A DNA stretch of 64,000 nt from Candidatus Methanosuratincola verstraetei (lineage in GTDB: Archaea; Thermoproteota; Methanomethylicia; Methanomethylicales; Methanomethylicaceae): the NCBI GenBank assembly GCA_049570475.1, contig CP186953.1, positions 640,001 to 704,000 of the forward strand, given 5' to 3'. The notes below the pieces were generated by a model, which did no database searches, had not been told where the DNA came from, and saw nothing but the letters and a program-made list of their open reading frames with translations. The position numbers and the translations under genes are program-made. Below, in pieces: positions 9,275-19,484 of this stretch (within the stretch, counting starts at the first letter, position 1; each line of letters starts with the position of its first letter).

Positions 9275-11008
9275 TTAATTTCTATAATAAATTATAAACA
9301 CATCAGTGCAAGTATAAACAATTTTGACAGAACTAATCAGCTCATCAAATGTAGAATTTTGAACCACATATCCCGGCACTTCCTCGTATTTTGTAATACT
9401 TTTTCTTAAAAAGCAACAATCCGTCCAATAATTTTTTAGTTCATCCCATTCATCTGGTGGAATAAAAACAACTTGATTTGAGGCAGACGGTTGTATTTCA
9501 TAGTAATTTATCCTACTAAAATAACCAATTTTTGACAAACCTTGCCTAAGACCGCAGGCCGAACTCAAGCTATCAGCATAATTTAATGTAAATGTGCCTG
9601 CTGCCGCCCACTCAGATGGATAAAGACGAATGTCTTCTCCACCTCTTATGGGATAATTCCAGCTTTGGAAATCAACAGGACTCATTGTGATTCCAAAATT
9701 TATAATCAGAGTTAAAAATATGAAATATATTACTTTCTTCAATTTTCCTGAAAAATGTTTGGAAATAAAACCTACAAACGGGGCTGCACACATTAGACCA
9801 AAGAAATAAAGATATCGATCAAACAGATCTGTTCCATATTTTGGATCCAAAATATAGGGTAGAGCAGTAATAAACCCTATCGTGCCTACACTAAGATACA
9901 TTATGTATGCTAAAAATTTTCTCGAATTTCGGTATTTTCTTAAGAGCAAAATAAAAGAAAATGCTGTCAATAAAGCCCAAGAAATTGCCCCAGCCCATCT
10001 CAAAAACCTAACATAAAACGGCACCTCAATTCCTCCACCCGCAAAGTAGAAGTTGATTCCCCGAGACGGGTCTCCGATAACTATTGCTTCAAAAAGTAAT
10101 GTTAAACTAAACAGTATTGAATTTATAGTTTCCTCAAAAAAAAACAAAACATATATGATTAGGTTGATCGAATAAATACATAAAAGGTTAAAAAATCTTC
10201 TCGTGTAATTCGCACCATACAATAATACAATAAAGCAAAACAGCGTCAACCCAAAAATTGCTAATGCAATAACAGATAAATAAAAATGCGCAAATGAAAT
10301 CGCAATGGAGGCTATTGACCATAAAATTATGCATCCTACACCAATTCTTCTTTCTATAATGAGATACCTTAATATTATAAAACTCATAATTGCAAAATAT
10401 GTGATACTATAAATTGAATAGTGACCCCATATCAAAAAGAAAACTATCCAAGGAGAAAATAATAGAGACAAGTGACTAAATTTGAAAGACCGATAACCAA
10501 ATTGTTTTTCCAGCGGGTTATAAAGGAGACAAATCACAATAGGAATAATCAATCCTCCAATAACGCAGCCTAAATGTCTTAGACTTAATTCTAACGGAAC
10601 GCCAGTTATCCCTGAAAAAATAACAGAGAATACGGGAGCCACAGGTTGCTTTGCAACAAAAATTGCAGCATTAGAGTAATAATCTATAGGAGGGATACGA
10701 GAATAAGTAGCGATACCATTTGCAACTTGGTAGATAACATAATTATCTAAATATAAAGAAATAATTGATGGAGGGACCACAGATAAAAATGCTTCTTTTA
10801 TTAAAAAAGAAATAAAAGAAATTGTAAGCACATAACCGATTATATTTTTTGAAAAGAATGCAAATAAAACAATAGATAATGAAAGTAGTATGGCAATTAA
10901 ATAGAAGACATAAGTTGGTAACTTTTGTGGTAAAAAAGTTGATTCATAAATGAAGAATATAAATGTACAACTAATTAATATGTATAAGTATAAAATTCTA
11001 TTTTTCAT
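9275..11008 (-). CDS. Polytopic membrane protein of the glycan locus (DUF2206-like; candidate GT-C/Wzy-type enzyme)
   Basis: Many hydrophobic segments, an early extracytoplasmic loop containing Asp, and a soluble C-terminal domain. AT-rich and tightly packed between glycan genes. Confidence 0.6.
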   Translation of the reverse strand: MKNRILYLYILISCTFIFFIYESTFLPQKLPTYVFYLIAILLSLSIVLFAFFSKNIIGYVLTISFISFLIKEAFLSVVPPSIISLYLDNYVIYQVANGIATYSRIPPIDYYSNAAIFVAKQPVAPVFSVIFSGITGVPLELSLRHLGCVIGGLIIPIVICLLYNPLEKQFGYRSFKFSHLSLLFSPWIVFFLIWGHYSIYSITYFAIMSFIILRYLIIERRIGVGCIILWSIASIAISFAHFYLSVIALAIFGLTLFCFIVLLYGANYTRRFFNLLCIYSINLIIYVLFFFEETINSILFSLTLLFEAIVIGDPSRGINFYFAGGGIEVPFYVRFLRWAGAISWALLTAFSFILLLRKYRNSRKFLAYIMYLSVGTIGFITALPYILDPKYGTDLFDRYLYFFGLMCAAPFVGFISKHFSGKLKKVIYFIFLTLIINFGITMSPVDFQSWNYPIRGGEDIRLYPSEWAAAGTFTLNYADSLSSACGLRQGLSKIGYFSRINYYEIQPSASNQVVFIPPDEWDELKNYWTDCCFLRKSITKYEEVPGYVVQNSTFDELISSVKIVYTCTDVFIIYYRN

Positions 11009-11030
11009 ATTTATTAATTAAAAATTTTTA

Positions 11031-12131
11031 TTACAATATTACTTTAAATTTTACTATATTAACCATATTAATAATATCATCATAACTAACTGCAGGATTA
11101 ACTGGCAACGAAAGAACATCTTCAGAACAGCGTTCAGCAGTTTTAATAAAATCATCCGAATAATCATTAAATAAAGGAATTTTGTGCAACGGAATTGGAT
11201 AGTAGACGGCAACTCCAAAACCCGCCTCGAGCAGCGAGGATTTTAGGGATTCTCTTTCTTTATTTGTTTTGCATTTTACGGTGAACAAATACCAGTTGTG
11301 CTTGTATCTACCAGGCACCTCAGGCAGTTTTAGGCTCGATCCATCAAGCATCTCCAGAAGCTGCGCCGCGTTCTTTTCCCTGGCAGAGAGAAAGCCCGGG
11401 AGGCGCTTTAGCTGGACCCTGCCCATCGCAGCCGCCATCTCGGTCATCCTGAAGTTCCCGCCGAGCATCACTGAGTCGTAACCCTTGACCTGCCCGTGGG
11501 TCCTAATCCTGCGGAGGCGCTCTGCCAGCTCATCGTCGTCCGTGATCACAGCCCCGCCCTCTCCCGTAGTCATTACCTTCCCGGGGTAGAAGCTGAAGCA
11601 TCCCATGTCCCCGAGCGTCCCCGCCATCCTCCCCTTGTATGAAGCGCCCTGCGCCTGGCAGGCATCCTCTATGACGGTTATGTCCCTCTGGCGGGCGATC
11701 TCGTTTATCTCGTCCATAGAAGCAGGCAACCCGTACAGGTCAACGGGGACCACTGCCTTCGTCCTCGGGGTGATCGCCCTCCTGAATTGCTCTGGGTCCA
11801 TATTGTATGTATCCGGATCGATGTCGACAAATACCGGCCTGGCGCCCACCAGGAGCACGGAGCTTGCGGTCGCCACGAATGTGAAGGACGGGACGATCAC
11901 CTCGTCCCCTGGACCGACTCCAGCAGCCATAAGCGCCATCTGGAGCGCGGCGGTACCGGAGTTGCATGCGACAGCGTGCTTCGCATTGCAGTAGGAGGCA
12001 AGCTCCTGCTCGAACGCCCTGCAGACTGACCCCCCCTCGGGGGCGGGGTTGGTGAGGGCGCCGCTCTCGATCACCTTCGCGACAGCCTCGATCTCTTCCT
12101 TCCCCAGAATCGGCTTGTTTATCGGTATCAT
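11031..12131 (-). CDS. DegT/DnrJ/EryC1/StrS aminotransferase (WbpE-like)
   Basis: NSGTAAL, IEDACQA, FSFYPGKVMTTGEGG (PLP lysine) and GGNFRMTE. Confidence 0.93.
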   Translation of the reverse strand: MIPINKPILGKEEIEAVAKVIESGALTNPAPEGGSVCRAFEQELASYCNAKHAVACNSGTAALQMALMAAGVGPGDEVIVPSFTFVATASSVLLVGARPVFVDIDPDTYNMDPEQFRRAITPRTKAVVPVDLYGLPASMDEINEIARQRDITVIEDACQAQGASYKGRMAGTLGDMGCFSFYPGKVMTTGEGGAVITDDDELAERLRRIRTHGQVKGYDSVMLGGNFRMTEMAAAMGRVQLKRLPGFLSAREKNAAQLLEMLDGSSLKLPEVPGRYKHNWYLFTVKCKTNKERESLKSSLLEAGFGVAVYYPIPLHKIPLFNDYSDDFIKTAERCSEDVLSLPVNPAVSYDDIINMVNIVKFKVIL

Positions 12132-12146
12132 ACGAATTCCACCCTG

Positions 12147-12842
12147 CTACTTTAAGGAAACGAAGTCCTTTTGCTTCCTGTCATATTCGTCCCTTCCCAT
12201 TACCCTCCTCGCGGGTACGCCCAGAACTACGTCGCCCGGGGGCACATCCCTCGTCACCACAGCGCCCGCCCCTACAACAGCTCCGGAGCCAACACGGATC
12301 CCGGCGATCAGGACGGCACGGCTCCCTATCACGGCGCCGCTCTCGATCACAACTCCGGAGGTCTTCGGCGAAGGAGGGTATCGGTCGTTGGTCACGGTCA
12401 CGTAAGGACCCATGAACACATCGGAGCCAACCACAGTACCGGGCGGCAAGTAGACTCCAGTCTGGATGCTGCACCTGCTCCCAATGCAGACGCTCCCGTC
12501 GACTACAGCAAAAGTCCCTATCCTAGCTCCTGCGCCGATCTCGCATTTTTCCCTCACAAGGACTCCGTGCCCGAGCTCAACCGCCTCCTCAAGCGAAGAG
12601 CCTTCGTATATCGTGGAGTTGGATCTGACTATGCAGCGGGGACCTACCTTTGCGCCAGAACTTGCGGCGTCGTACTCCAGAAACGATGCATTGGGCACCT
12701 GGAGGATCTTTCTACGGATGGGATAGCCGATGACCACGTTGTTCCCTATCACGGATCCACCGCCCACCTCGGAGGGGCCCAATACCACTGCTTCCCCCTC
12801 GATTGACCCTGACACCTTTGCTTTTTTCGATATAAAGAGCAT
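12147..12842 (-). CDS. Hexapeptide-repeat N-acetyltransferase (WbpD-like)
   Basis: Left-handed beta-helix repeats, FMGPYVTVTNDRYPP and VGAGAVVTRDVP. GGTGA Shine-Dalgarno precedes ATG 12842. Confidence 0.88.
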   Translation of the reverse strand: MLFISKKAKVSGSIEGEAVVLGPSEVGGGSVIGNNVVIGYPIRRKILQVPNASFLEYDAASSGAKVGPRCIVRSNSTIYEGSSLEEAVELGHGVLVREKCEIGAGARIGTFAVVDGSVCIGSRCSIQTGVYLPPGTVVGSDVFMGPYVTVTNDRYPPSPKTSGVVIESGAVIGSRAVLIAGIRVGSGAVVGAGAVVTRDVPPGDVVLGVPARRVMGRDEYDRKQKDFVSLK

Positions 12843-12843
12843 C

Positions 12844-13929
12844 TTACTCACCAGAAGGACTTTTGCTCAGGACTTCCTCGTACACTTTAATCAGCTGCTT
12901 GGCTATGTTTTCCCAAGTGAACTGCCTGGCGTAATCACGAATCTTCTCACGGTCCCATTCCTTCTCAAGAGCGACCAATATCTTCTCCGCCAGGTCGTCG
13001 GGGTTGCCTGGCTCAGCCAGGAGGCCGTATTCGTCCGAGGTTATTATCTCAGGCACTCCGCCGACCCTTGTGCCCACGAAGGGGAGACCGACACCGAGGC
13101 TTTCGAACATGACTGTGGGGTTGCCCTCACTCAGGCTAGGTAAAACAAACAGATCGGCAGCATTCATCCATAGTGCCAGTTTATCATCTGGAATGAAACC
13201 CAAAAGCTTAATGTTATCTTCAAGTTTCAGTGCGATAATTTGTTTTTGAAGCTCGTGTTTTAATGGGCCTTTCCCACCGATAAAAAGCAGCACATCTTTG
13301 CGTTTTTCTAAAATCTTCTTCATTCCTATAATTAAATATTTTTGACCTTTTACAGGAAGAAGATTACTAACATGAAAAATTACTTTTTTATTATAGGGTA
13401 GACTCAAATATTTCCTTGCAAAAATGCAGTCAATTGGGAAAAGATTTTTTGGATTGAAACCATTTGATATAACTTTAACTTTTTCTATATAATTTATTTC
13501 ATTAATTATGATATTTTTCTGATTTTTAGATACAACAATAAAAAATTTTGATGATTCCATTACAAATTTAAAAAATTTATTTTTTATAATAAATTCAGAT
13601 GTTCGAGAATAATGAAAAGTCACTACTAAAGGAAAATTTACGATTTTTCTAACAATTGCTGCACTTATTGCAGGCAAGAAACCACCCATAGGACCGGATG
13701 CTTGTACATGAACTATATCAAAACCCCTACGAATGAAAATATTGATGAAGACCCCGAAACTTCTTTTATAAAATTTAATAAAATTAGCAATAAATCTTGG
13801 TTTTATAGAAGTCGTTACATTATAGACTTCAACCATTATCCCTAAACCCCGAAGTTCTCTCACCAATTCTTGAGAATGAGTCGAAACACCACCTGCTTTT
13901 CCAATTGGTGCGATCATTAAGACTTTCAT
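12844..13929 (-). CDS. Glycosyltransferase family 4
   Basis: GGVSTH, KGQKYL and DLFVLPSLSEGNPTVMFESLGVGLP. ATGA overlap with the upstream gene at 13926-13929. Confidence 0.92.
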   Translation of the reverse strand: MKVLMIAPIGKAGGVSTHSQELVRELRGLGIMVEVYNVTTSIKPRFIANFIKFYKRSFGVFINIFIRRGFDIVHVQASGPMGGFLPAISAAIVRKIVNFPLVVTFHYSRTSEFIIKNKFFKFVMESSKFFIVVSKNQKNIIINEINYIEKVKVISNGFNPKNLFPIDCIFARKYLSLPYNKKVIFHVSNLLPVKGQKYLIIGMKKILEKRKDVLLFIGGKGPLKHELQKQIIALKLEDNIKLLGFIPDDKLALWMNAADLFVLPSLSEGNPTVMFESLGVGLPFVGTRVGGVPEIITSDEYGLLAEPGNPDDLAEKILVALEKEWDREKIRDYARQFTWENIAKQLIKVYEEVLSKSPSGE

Positions 13930-15149
13930 TTTTTTAGTGCCATTAGAAGATTTGTTAAAGCCAACATCATCCACGCCTGTCCCCAACGCATGTAAGGTAT
14001 TTTATTCGTAAATAAAGGATATTTGTGCGTGTAGAAGTATCCTTCATCATCTTGCATTTTTTCAATAGTATATAATGCAACTCTTTCAGCGAGTTCTAAG
14101 TATTTATAATCTCCAGTAAAGTCAAAGAGATTGGCAAATGTAATTATGCCTTGCGCTTGATTATGAATGTCAATTGGGTACTTAATAGGATACCTATAAT
14201 AGAAAGTCCCATTGCCTCGGTATTGCTTTTGACAGTAAAAATCAATTCCTTTTCCTAGTGCTGTCTTCATTTTTGAGGTTAGATCTGATTCTGCCACGCA
14301 ATCAAAAAAATGTATCAACCCATCAATAATGTAGCCTTGATGGAAGTCGACCTGCCAATATTGCAAATTATTTTTAAAGTAAATAGAATAAGGCCATGCA
14401 CCATCTTCACGCTGGTAATGCAGAAGAGTTCTTGCAACTTTTTTCCCAAGCTCTAAAAATTTCTTATTTTGGCTATGCTTGTAAAAATAAGAAAAAGCAT
14501 CTAGCGCCACAGCTGACGCATTCAGTACAATTTTAGTTTCCTCATATGGAGTGTACTTAAAGTAACAACCATATCCAGTTTTTGAAGTCAATAAATTGTA
14601 AAATAAGTAATTAATTCCCTTTTCTGCATATTCAAGGTATTGAGACTTTCCCAATACTTCATATGCCAAAACTGAAGATTTAACAAACTCCGTGGTACAG
14701 ATAATGTCAGGTACAGAGGGGGTCAAATAATGACCTGGTGCAAGGTATGTAAAATAATAACTTGAGCACGTATAATTATCTTTATTATTTAAAAGATTTC
14801 TTTCCTTTAAAATATCGAATAATTTAATTGCATTATCAAGAAATTCCTTTTCTTTTGTAATTAGATATAGTAAAAAGTAGGATCTTGAAAAAATGGCTAA
14901 AGCCTTGTTTGCACAACCCTTTTTTATGCCAAGTATTTTTCGTAAATTTACAAATGAATATAAATTAAATTGTAATAAAATTATATTTAAATATTTTATA
15001 TTATAATATCGTTGCATTTTTCCGCTTAAGCCATCATAAGGATCAAATCCAATATGATTTTCTTTTTTTACATAATTATATAAGTCATAAATAGATTTCT
15101 TAATAATTTTGCTTTTATAAACACACCCCATATTCCAATTATTTACCAT
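13926..15149 (-). CDS. Conserved polysaccharide-locus protein, probable (alpha/alpha)6 toroid fold
   Basis: GFDPYDGL, QREDGAWPY, VDFHQGY, YPIDIHNQAQGI and IPYMRWGQAWM motifs, recalled from an uncharacterised family found in capsule/EPS loci. Confidence 0.7.
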   Translation of the reverse strand: MVNNWNMGCVYKSKIIKKSIYDLYNYVKKENHIGFDPYDGLSGKMQRYYNIKYLNIILLQFNLYSFVNLRKILGIKKGCANKALAIFSRSYFLLYLITKEKEFLDNAIKLFDILKERNLLNNKDNYTCSSYYFTYLAPGHYLTPSVPDIICTTEFVKSSVLAYEVLGKSQYLEYAEKGINYLFYNLLTSKTGYGCYFKYTPYEETKIVLNASAVALDAFSYFYKHSQNKKFLELGKKVARTLLHYQREDGAWPYSIYFKNNLQYWQVDFHQGYIIDGLIHFFDCVAESDLTSKMKTALGKGIDFYCQKQYRGNGTFYYRYPIKYPIDIHNQAQGIITFANLFDFTGDYKYLELAERVALYTIEKMQDDEGYFYTHKYPLFTNKIPYMRWGQAWMMLALTNLLMALKK

Positions 15150-15312
15150 TTATAACCATAATTGTAGTTTAGTTTTATATCAAACATTTTTATTTGAAAA
15201 CCAATCTATACACAAAGAGTATAGAGTACTGAAGTATTTTGAGACTCAATAGCTTTAACCTTTTCATCTTGGCAAATCGCATACAATTGCGCGCGCATAA
15301 AATTACGCTTAG

Positions 15313-16392
15313 TCAAGCGCATAAAATATTTTTCATAATTTGCACAACCCTTGAGCTTGCGTCCCCATGTCCAAACCTGAAGCTGTAAGTCCCGCCGACT
15401 GGCTCAAATTTCCAAATCATATCCAATAAGAGGTCGTAATCATCACCCACTAAGATGTTCAACCCATCTTCAACTGTCTCTGGCCACTCAGTCACTTTTC
15501 TAAGAGTTATGCATGGCGTTTTAAAAGAGTAAGCCTCCTTTTGGACGCCGCCTGAATCTGTTATGATTTGTCTTGCGTTTTTTTCCAGAACAAGCATGTC
15601 AAAATAGCTTAGGGGTTTCGTCAAGATTATGTGATCCGCGTTTTTTAGTTTATCAAGCAGGCTATACTTTTCTAAAAATGCTTTAGTCCTCGGATGGATC
15701 GGGAAGATTGTTTTTCTTTTGCACTTTACCAAGCATTCAATTATGTTTTCAAGTCTTGCTCTATTATCAGTATTTTCTGCTCTATGAACTGTTACAAGCA
15801 AATAAGATTTCGCCTCAACGCCAAGTTCTTGAATTATTTTAGATTCTTTTTCAGCGATTGTTATGTTATGCAATAAAGCGTCAAGCATGACGTCGCCTGT
15901 CAGATAAACACCGTTTTTTATTCCCTCGTTGTAGAGGTTTTTTACGGCACGCTCAGTAGGAACGAATAGCAAATCACTAATATGATCTGTAAGAACCCTA
16001 TTTACTTCCTCAGGAACCGTTCTATCAAAACACCTCAAGCCAGCCTCTACATGCGCTACCCTTATTCGAAGCTTCGCGGCCGCAAGGGCACCTGCCAGCG
16101 TCGAGTTGGTGTCGCCATAGACAATGACCAGATCTGGGCTTTCCTTTATCAACACATCCTCTATTCGTTTGAGCATCTCACCTGTTTGGTAGCCATGAAA
16201 GCCTGACCCAACGCCCAGGTTGTAATCTGGGGGAGGTATGTTTAGCTGTTCGAAGAATATGCGGTCCATCTCGTAATCGTAGTGCTGACCTGTGTGTATT
16301 ACGATCTCCTCGAAATATTTTCGGAGCTCCCTTGACAAGGGTGCCATCTTGATGAATTGAGGGCGTGCCCCTACCACAGTCGCAACCCGCAT
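15313..16392 (-). CDS. wecB: Non-hydrolysing UDP-N-acetylglucosamine 2-epimerase (WecB/WbpI-like)
   Basis: VGARPQFIK, HTGQHYD, GDTNST, HVEAGLR, PEEVNR and TDSGGVQKEA. Confidence 0.93.
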   Translation of the reverse strand: MRVATVVGARPQFIKMAPLSRELRKYFEEIVIHTGQHYDYEMDRIFFEQLNIPPPDYNLGVGSGFHGYQTGEMLKRIEDVLIKESPDLVIVYGDTNSTLAGALAAAKLRIRVAHVEAGLRCFDRTVPEEVNRVLTDHISDLLFVPTERAVKNLYNEGIKNGVYLTGDVMLDALLHNITIAEKESKIIQELGVEAKSYLLVTVHRAENTDNRARLENIIECLVKCKRKTIFPIHPRTKAFLEKYSLLDKLKNADHIILTKPLSYFDMLVLEKNARQIITDSGGVQKEAYSFKTPCITLRKVTEWPETVEDGLNILVGDDYDLLLDMIWKFEPVGGTYSFRFGHGDASSRVVQIMKNILCA

Positions 16393-16393
16393 T

Positions 16394-17497
16394 TTACCTG
16401 AATTTGAACTGGATTTTCGAATCGGATTTGATTTCCTTGCAGCTTTCGGGATAGTTTTCGATAAACCAAGTCATGAACGACGAAATGTCAATTTTATCCT
16501 TCAATAAAACCTCGCGCCTTCTTGTCCATTCCTTTTTCAGACCATCATACTTTATCAATTCCTCTGCCAAGGAAATCGCTCTATTTCTATCGCAAATACT
16601 AAACAGAAGCCCGTATTTTTTTTCTAGCTCAAGGAAGTTACCCATTTCCCTTTTTTCGTCTACAAAATTGTTGCTTCGGATTGTGGGCGTGCCAAGAATG
16701 GCTGCCTCTGTAGCCATAGTTTGCGTATCGGTAACGAAAAGCTTGGCGTAGTATAGGAGGTCATGTATTCTTCTCTTGGGGATTTTGAGGACGTTCTTTT
16801 CGATTCGCTTTGGAACGCTCCCTTCGGCAGAGACGAAGACATGGGCGTGACGGTCAAGAGTTTCAACGAGCTTCACTTTTTGCTCTGAATTGAAGCCTGA
16901 GACCTGTAGATCGTGCACAGCATCGAAAGCATTGAATCTAAGGATAGCGAAGTCTTCGTTTCTTGAAATGCCCAAGAGATCGAATATGTCGTTGCTTGGT
17001 TGAAAGCAATTTGGGTGCAAGTAGGCGAGTTCCTTATAGCTGTTCACTCGGATATGTTTGCTCCCCAGGTCATCCAAGAATGAAGAAGGCGTAATAATCA
17101 CATCCGTTAAGGGTTTGAAAAGATCGTATTGAAAATGCAGTAGACGATGCGATCTGGGCTCGGAATCACTGAAGACAATGCTTTTAGATCCAGCAAATGC
17201 GGAAGCATATACGCTGTCGATGCCGAATCCTGTTACGACATCTGGATTTTGCCCGCGAAAAATCCTAACCGAACGCATAATGTCGACTGGGAAAAAAATC
17301 ATTTTTTGTAGCGAAGTGGGTCGCTGTTTTGAGAAGATTAGTGGATTAAAACCAAATTCTTGAGCTAATCGCAGAGTCTCTCCGTAATCCCTGAACAGCA
17401 TATTGACTTGGTTTCCTTTTTGCTCAAGCCTCTTGGCTATGTTTCGATAGAAATGCAGCTGTGCCGGGGTGTTCACAAAGATTGCTATTCGTTTCAT
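16394..17497 (-). CDS. DUF354 family protein (GT-B-like)
   Basis: NTPAQLHFYRN, YKELAYLHP and QTMATEAAILGTP. Confidence 0.85.
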   Translation of the reverse strand: MKRIAIFVNTPAQLHFYRNIAKRLEQKGNQVNMLFRDYGETLRLAQEFGFNPLIFSKQRPTSLQKMIFFPVDIMRSVRIFRGQNPDVVTGFGIDSVYASAFAGSKSIVFSDSEPRSHRLLHFQYDLFKPLTDVIITPSSFLDDLGSKHIRVNSYKELAYLHPNCFQPSNDIFDLLGISRNEDFAILRFNAFDAVHDLQVSGFNSEQKVKLVETLDRHAHVFVSAEGSVPKRIEKNVLKIPKRRIHDLLYYAKLFVTDTQTMATEAAILGTPTIRSNNFVDEKREMGNFLELEKKYGLLFSICDRNRAISLAEELIKYDGLKKEWTRRREVLLKDKIDISSFMTWFIENYPESCKEIKSDSKIQFKFR

Positions 17498-18276
17498 TGG
17501 TCGATCATTATGCTTTTATTTTTTAAAATGATATCGTATTCCCGAGTTTTAAGATTCCTGAAATGCTGGACATAGATGCGCCATAAGAATGACCTCAGCA
17601 TATACCAAGATATTTTTGCTATGAATTTGGAATATTTAATTTTCGATTGTTCCCCTATTTTGTATCTTATCGTAACGGGAACGCTTACAACCCTCAGTCC
17701 TGCTATCTTAGCCTTCAACAACAGGTCATTCTCAAAAGCATATCCCTTGTAAAGTTCGTCTAAATCAATCTTCTTTAGTGCGGAGGAAGAAATGGCAACA
17801 TACCCATTTTGGGGGTCACCGATATTCCAATAGCCTGTCGCTATTTTATTCAAAACCGTCAAAACCGCTGTTCCAAACCGCCTCCAAGCACTCATTTTCA
17901 AATCATATTTTTTCATAAACCGGTTACCCTTTGTGAAGTCCACTTTCCCTTCCACGATTGGGTCCAAGAGAGAAGGAAGATCGCCAGGATCCATCTGGTT
18001 ATCACCTGCCATCACTGCAAGAATGTCAACCTCGTTCAACCCCATCTTCCATGCAGTGACGATGGCACCGCCTACCCCCTTATTCCTGCTGTGTTTCAAT
18101 AAAACGACTCGGCTATCGGCGTAGTTTTTTACTTTTTCGGAGGTTCTGTCCGTTGAGGCATCATCTACGACATAGATTTTGTCTACAAAACTGGGGATCC
18201 CTTGGAGAGTTTTCAAGATCAAATTTTCTTCGTTATAAGCCGGTACCGAAACCCCGATTCTGAAACCTTTATACAT
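17494..18276 (-). CDS. Glycosyltransferase family 2 (polyprenol-phosphate glycosyltransferase-like)
   Basis: VPAYNEE, VVDDASTD, NKGVGGA, MAGDNQMDP, KGNRF and DPQNGY. Start could be 18288. Confidence 0.9.
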   Translation of the reverse strand: MYKGFRIGVSVPAYNEENLILKTLQGIPSFVDKIYVVDDASTDRTSEKVKNYADSRVVLLKHSRNKGVGGAIVTAWKMGLNEVDILAVMAGDNQMDPGDLPSLLDPIVEGKVDFTKGNRFMKKYDLKMSAWRRFGTAVLTVLNKIATGYWNIGDPQNGYVAISSSALKKIDLDELYKGYAFENDLLLKAKIAGLRVVSVPVTIRYKIGEQSKIKYSKFIAKISWYMLRSFLWRIYVQHFRNLKTREYDIILKNKSIMIDQ

Positions 18277-19450
18277 TTTTTTGCGCATTCAGTTTAATCT
18301 TCAAATCAAATGGATCGAATGTCAAGTCGGCTAAATCTGGGTCGCCCCATGCAAGGCCAAGCTTTTCAATTTCTTCTCTGGTGAACATTTCGTCATAGAT
18401 GGAGATCCTGAAACCCTTGTCTGCCAAAAGTTTTGCGAGTGCCAGGTTCCGGCTGTGGAAAAGCTCCTTGACCCCTTTTCGGTAAGTAATTCCCTTTATG
18501 CATATCGTGATTTTGTTCAACGGTTTATCGATCTTTAAGCACGCAATGACGATTTTATTTGCCCAATATTCAATCATTTTATCGTTTATTTCCCTTGATT
18601 TCCGGAGCAAGTCGGCAAACTCGTCCTTTCCTTTTCGCTCCATCTCTTTTATCAGAAACCAAGGATAAACTGGGATGCAGTGTCCCCCTACGCCCGTTGA
18701 CGGCAAAAGCAAGTGGCAATACTCGTGGTTAGCATGCTCCCGCGATTCGTAGAATTCAATGCCCAGCTCTTCGGCTATTTTGTAGAGTTCATTTGCAAGC
18801 GCGATGTTTACATCTCTATAGCAACCTTCGATATTTTTTACGAACTCAGCCACCCTAGCCGAGGAGACTAAATGTAGATTTGGTATGAACTTCCTATACA
18901 TTTCGAAAGCCACAATTCCGCTTTTCTTGTCAACGCCACCAATAACCTTCGGAAATTCGCGGAGGCGGGATATGCAATTGCCGCTCATAATTCTTTCTGG
19001 CGAGTGAGCAAGATAGAATTCGCCTAAATGCATGCCACTCTCCTCCTCCAGCCAGCGGAGTACAAGTTCCTCTGTGGTCAGAGGAGGCACTGTGGTTTCC
19101 ACAACCACCAAGTCTCCTTTCTTCAGCATCTTTCCTACGCTCTTCACGGCACCCTTCAGAGTCCTGAAGTCAGGCTCCCGAAACTCATTGATGAAAAGTG
19201 GAACGATTATTATGTATGCCTTACAATTTGACGCCGAACAGTAATCTGTAAATGCACGAAGCGACTTGCCGCCATATTTTTTTATAAGAGATTCTAGACC
19301 CGGTTCTTCGGGTATTGGATTTTCACCAGAGTTTATCAGCTCGCACTTTTTGCTGTCAAGGTCTATTCCAGTTACATTAAAGCCACTATCTGCAATTATT
19401 GCAGCAAGAGGCAGCCCTGCTTTTCCTAAGCCTATTACTGAAATGTCCAT
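18269..19450 (-). CDS. Nucleotide-sugar 6-dehydrogenase (WbpA/WecC-like)
   Basis: VIGLGKAGLPLA, ETTVPP, SPERI, RDVNIALANE and GVGGHCIP. Confidence 0.92.
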   Translation of the reverse strand: MDISVIGLGKAGLPLAAIIADSGFNVTGIDLDSKKCELINSGENPIPEEPGLESLIKKYGGKSLRAFTDYCSASNCKAYIIIVPLFINEFREPDFRTLKGAVKSVGKMLKKGDLVVVETTVPPLTTEELVLRWLEEESGMHLGEFYLAHSPERIMSGNCISRLREFPKVIGGVDKKSGIVAFEMYRKFIPNLHLVSSARVAEFVKNIEGCYRDVNIALANELYKIAEELGIEFYESREHANHEYCHLLLPSTGVGGHCIPVYPWFLIKEMERKGKDEFADLLRKSREINDKMIEYWANKIVIACLKIDKPLNKITICIKGITYRKGVKELFHSRNLALAKLLADKGFRISIYDEMFTREEIEKLGLAWGDPDLADLTFDPFDLKIKLNAQKNV

Positions 19451-19484
19451 TAGAATTTCCCCATTCTGTATACTCATAGAATTA

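Noticed and set aside
10136-10144. A9 homopolymer in the membrane-protein gene as a phase-variation tract
   Set aside because: The frame is intact, and such runs are expected in very AT-rich Phe-rich coding DNA.
12129-12149. The acetyltransferase TAG stop is in frame with the downstream DegT ATG (5 codons apart), so amber readthrough would fuse the two enzymes
   Set aside because: In-frame spacing occurs one time in three by chance, and DegT has its own GGGTGGA Shine-Dalgarno. TAG is an ordinary stop for several genes here (28251, 36348, 41980, 50757, 58718, 61682), so there is no sign of general recoding.
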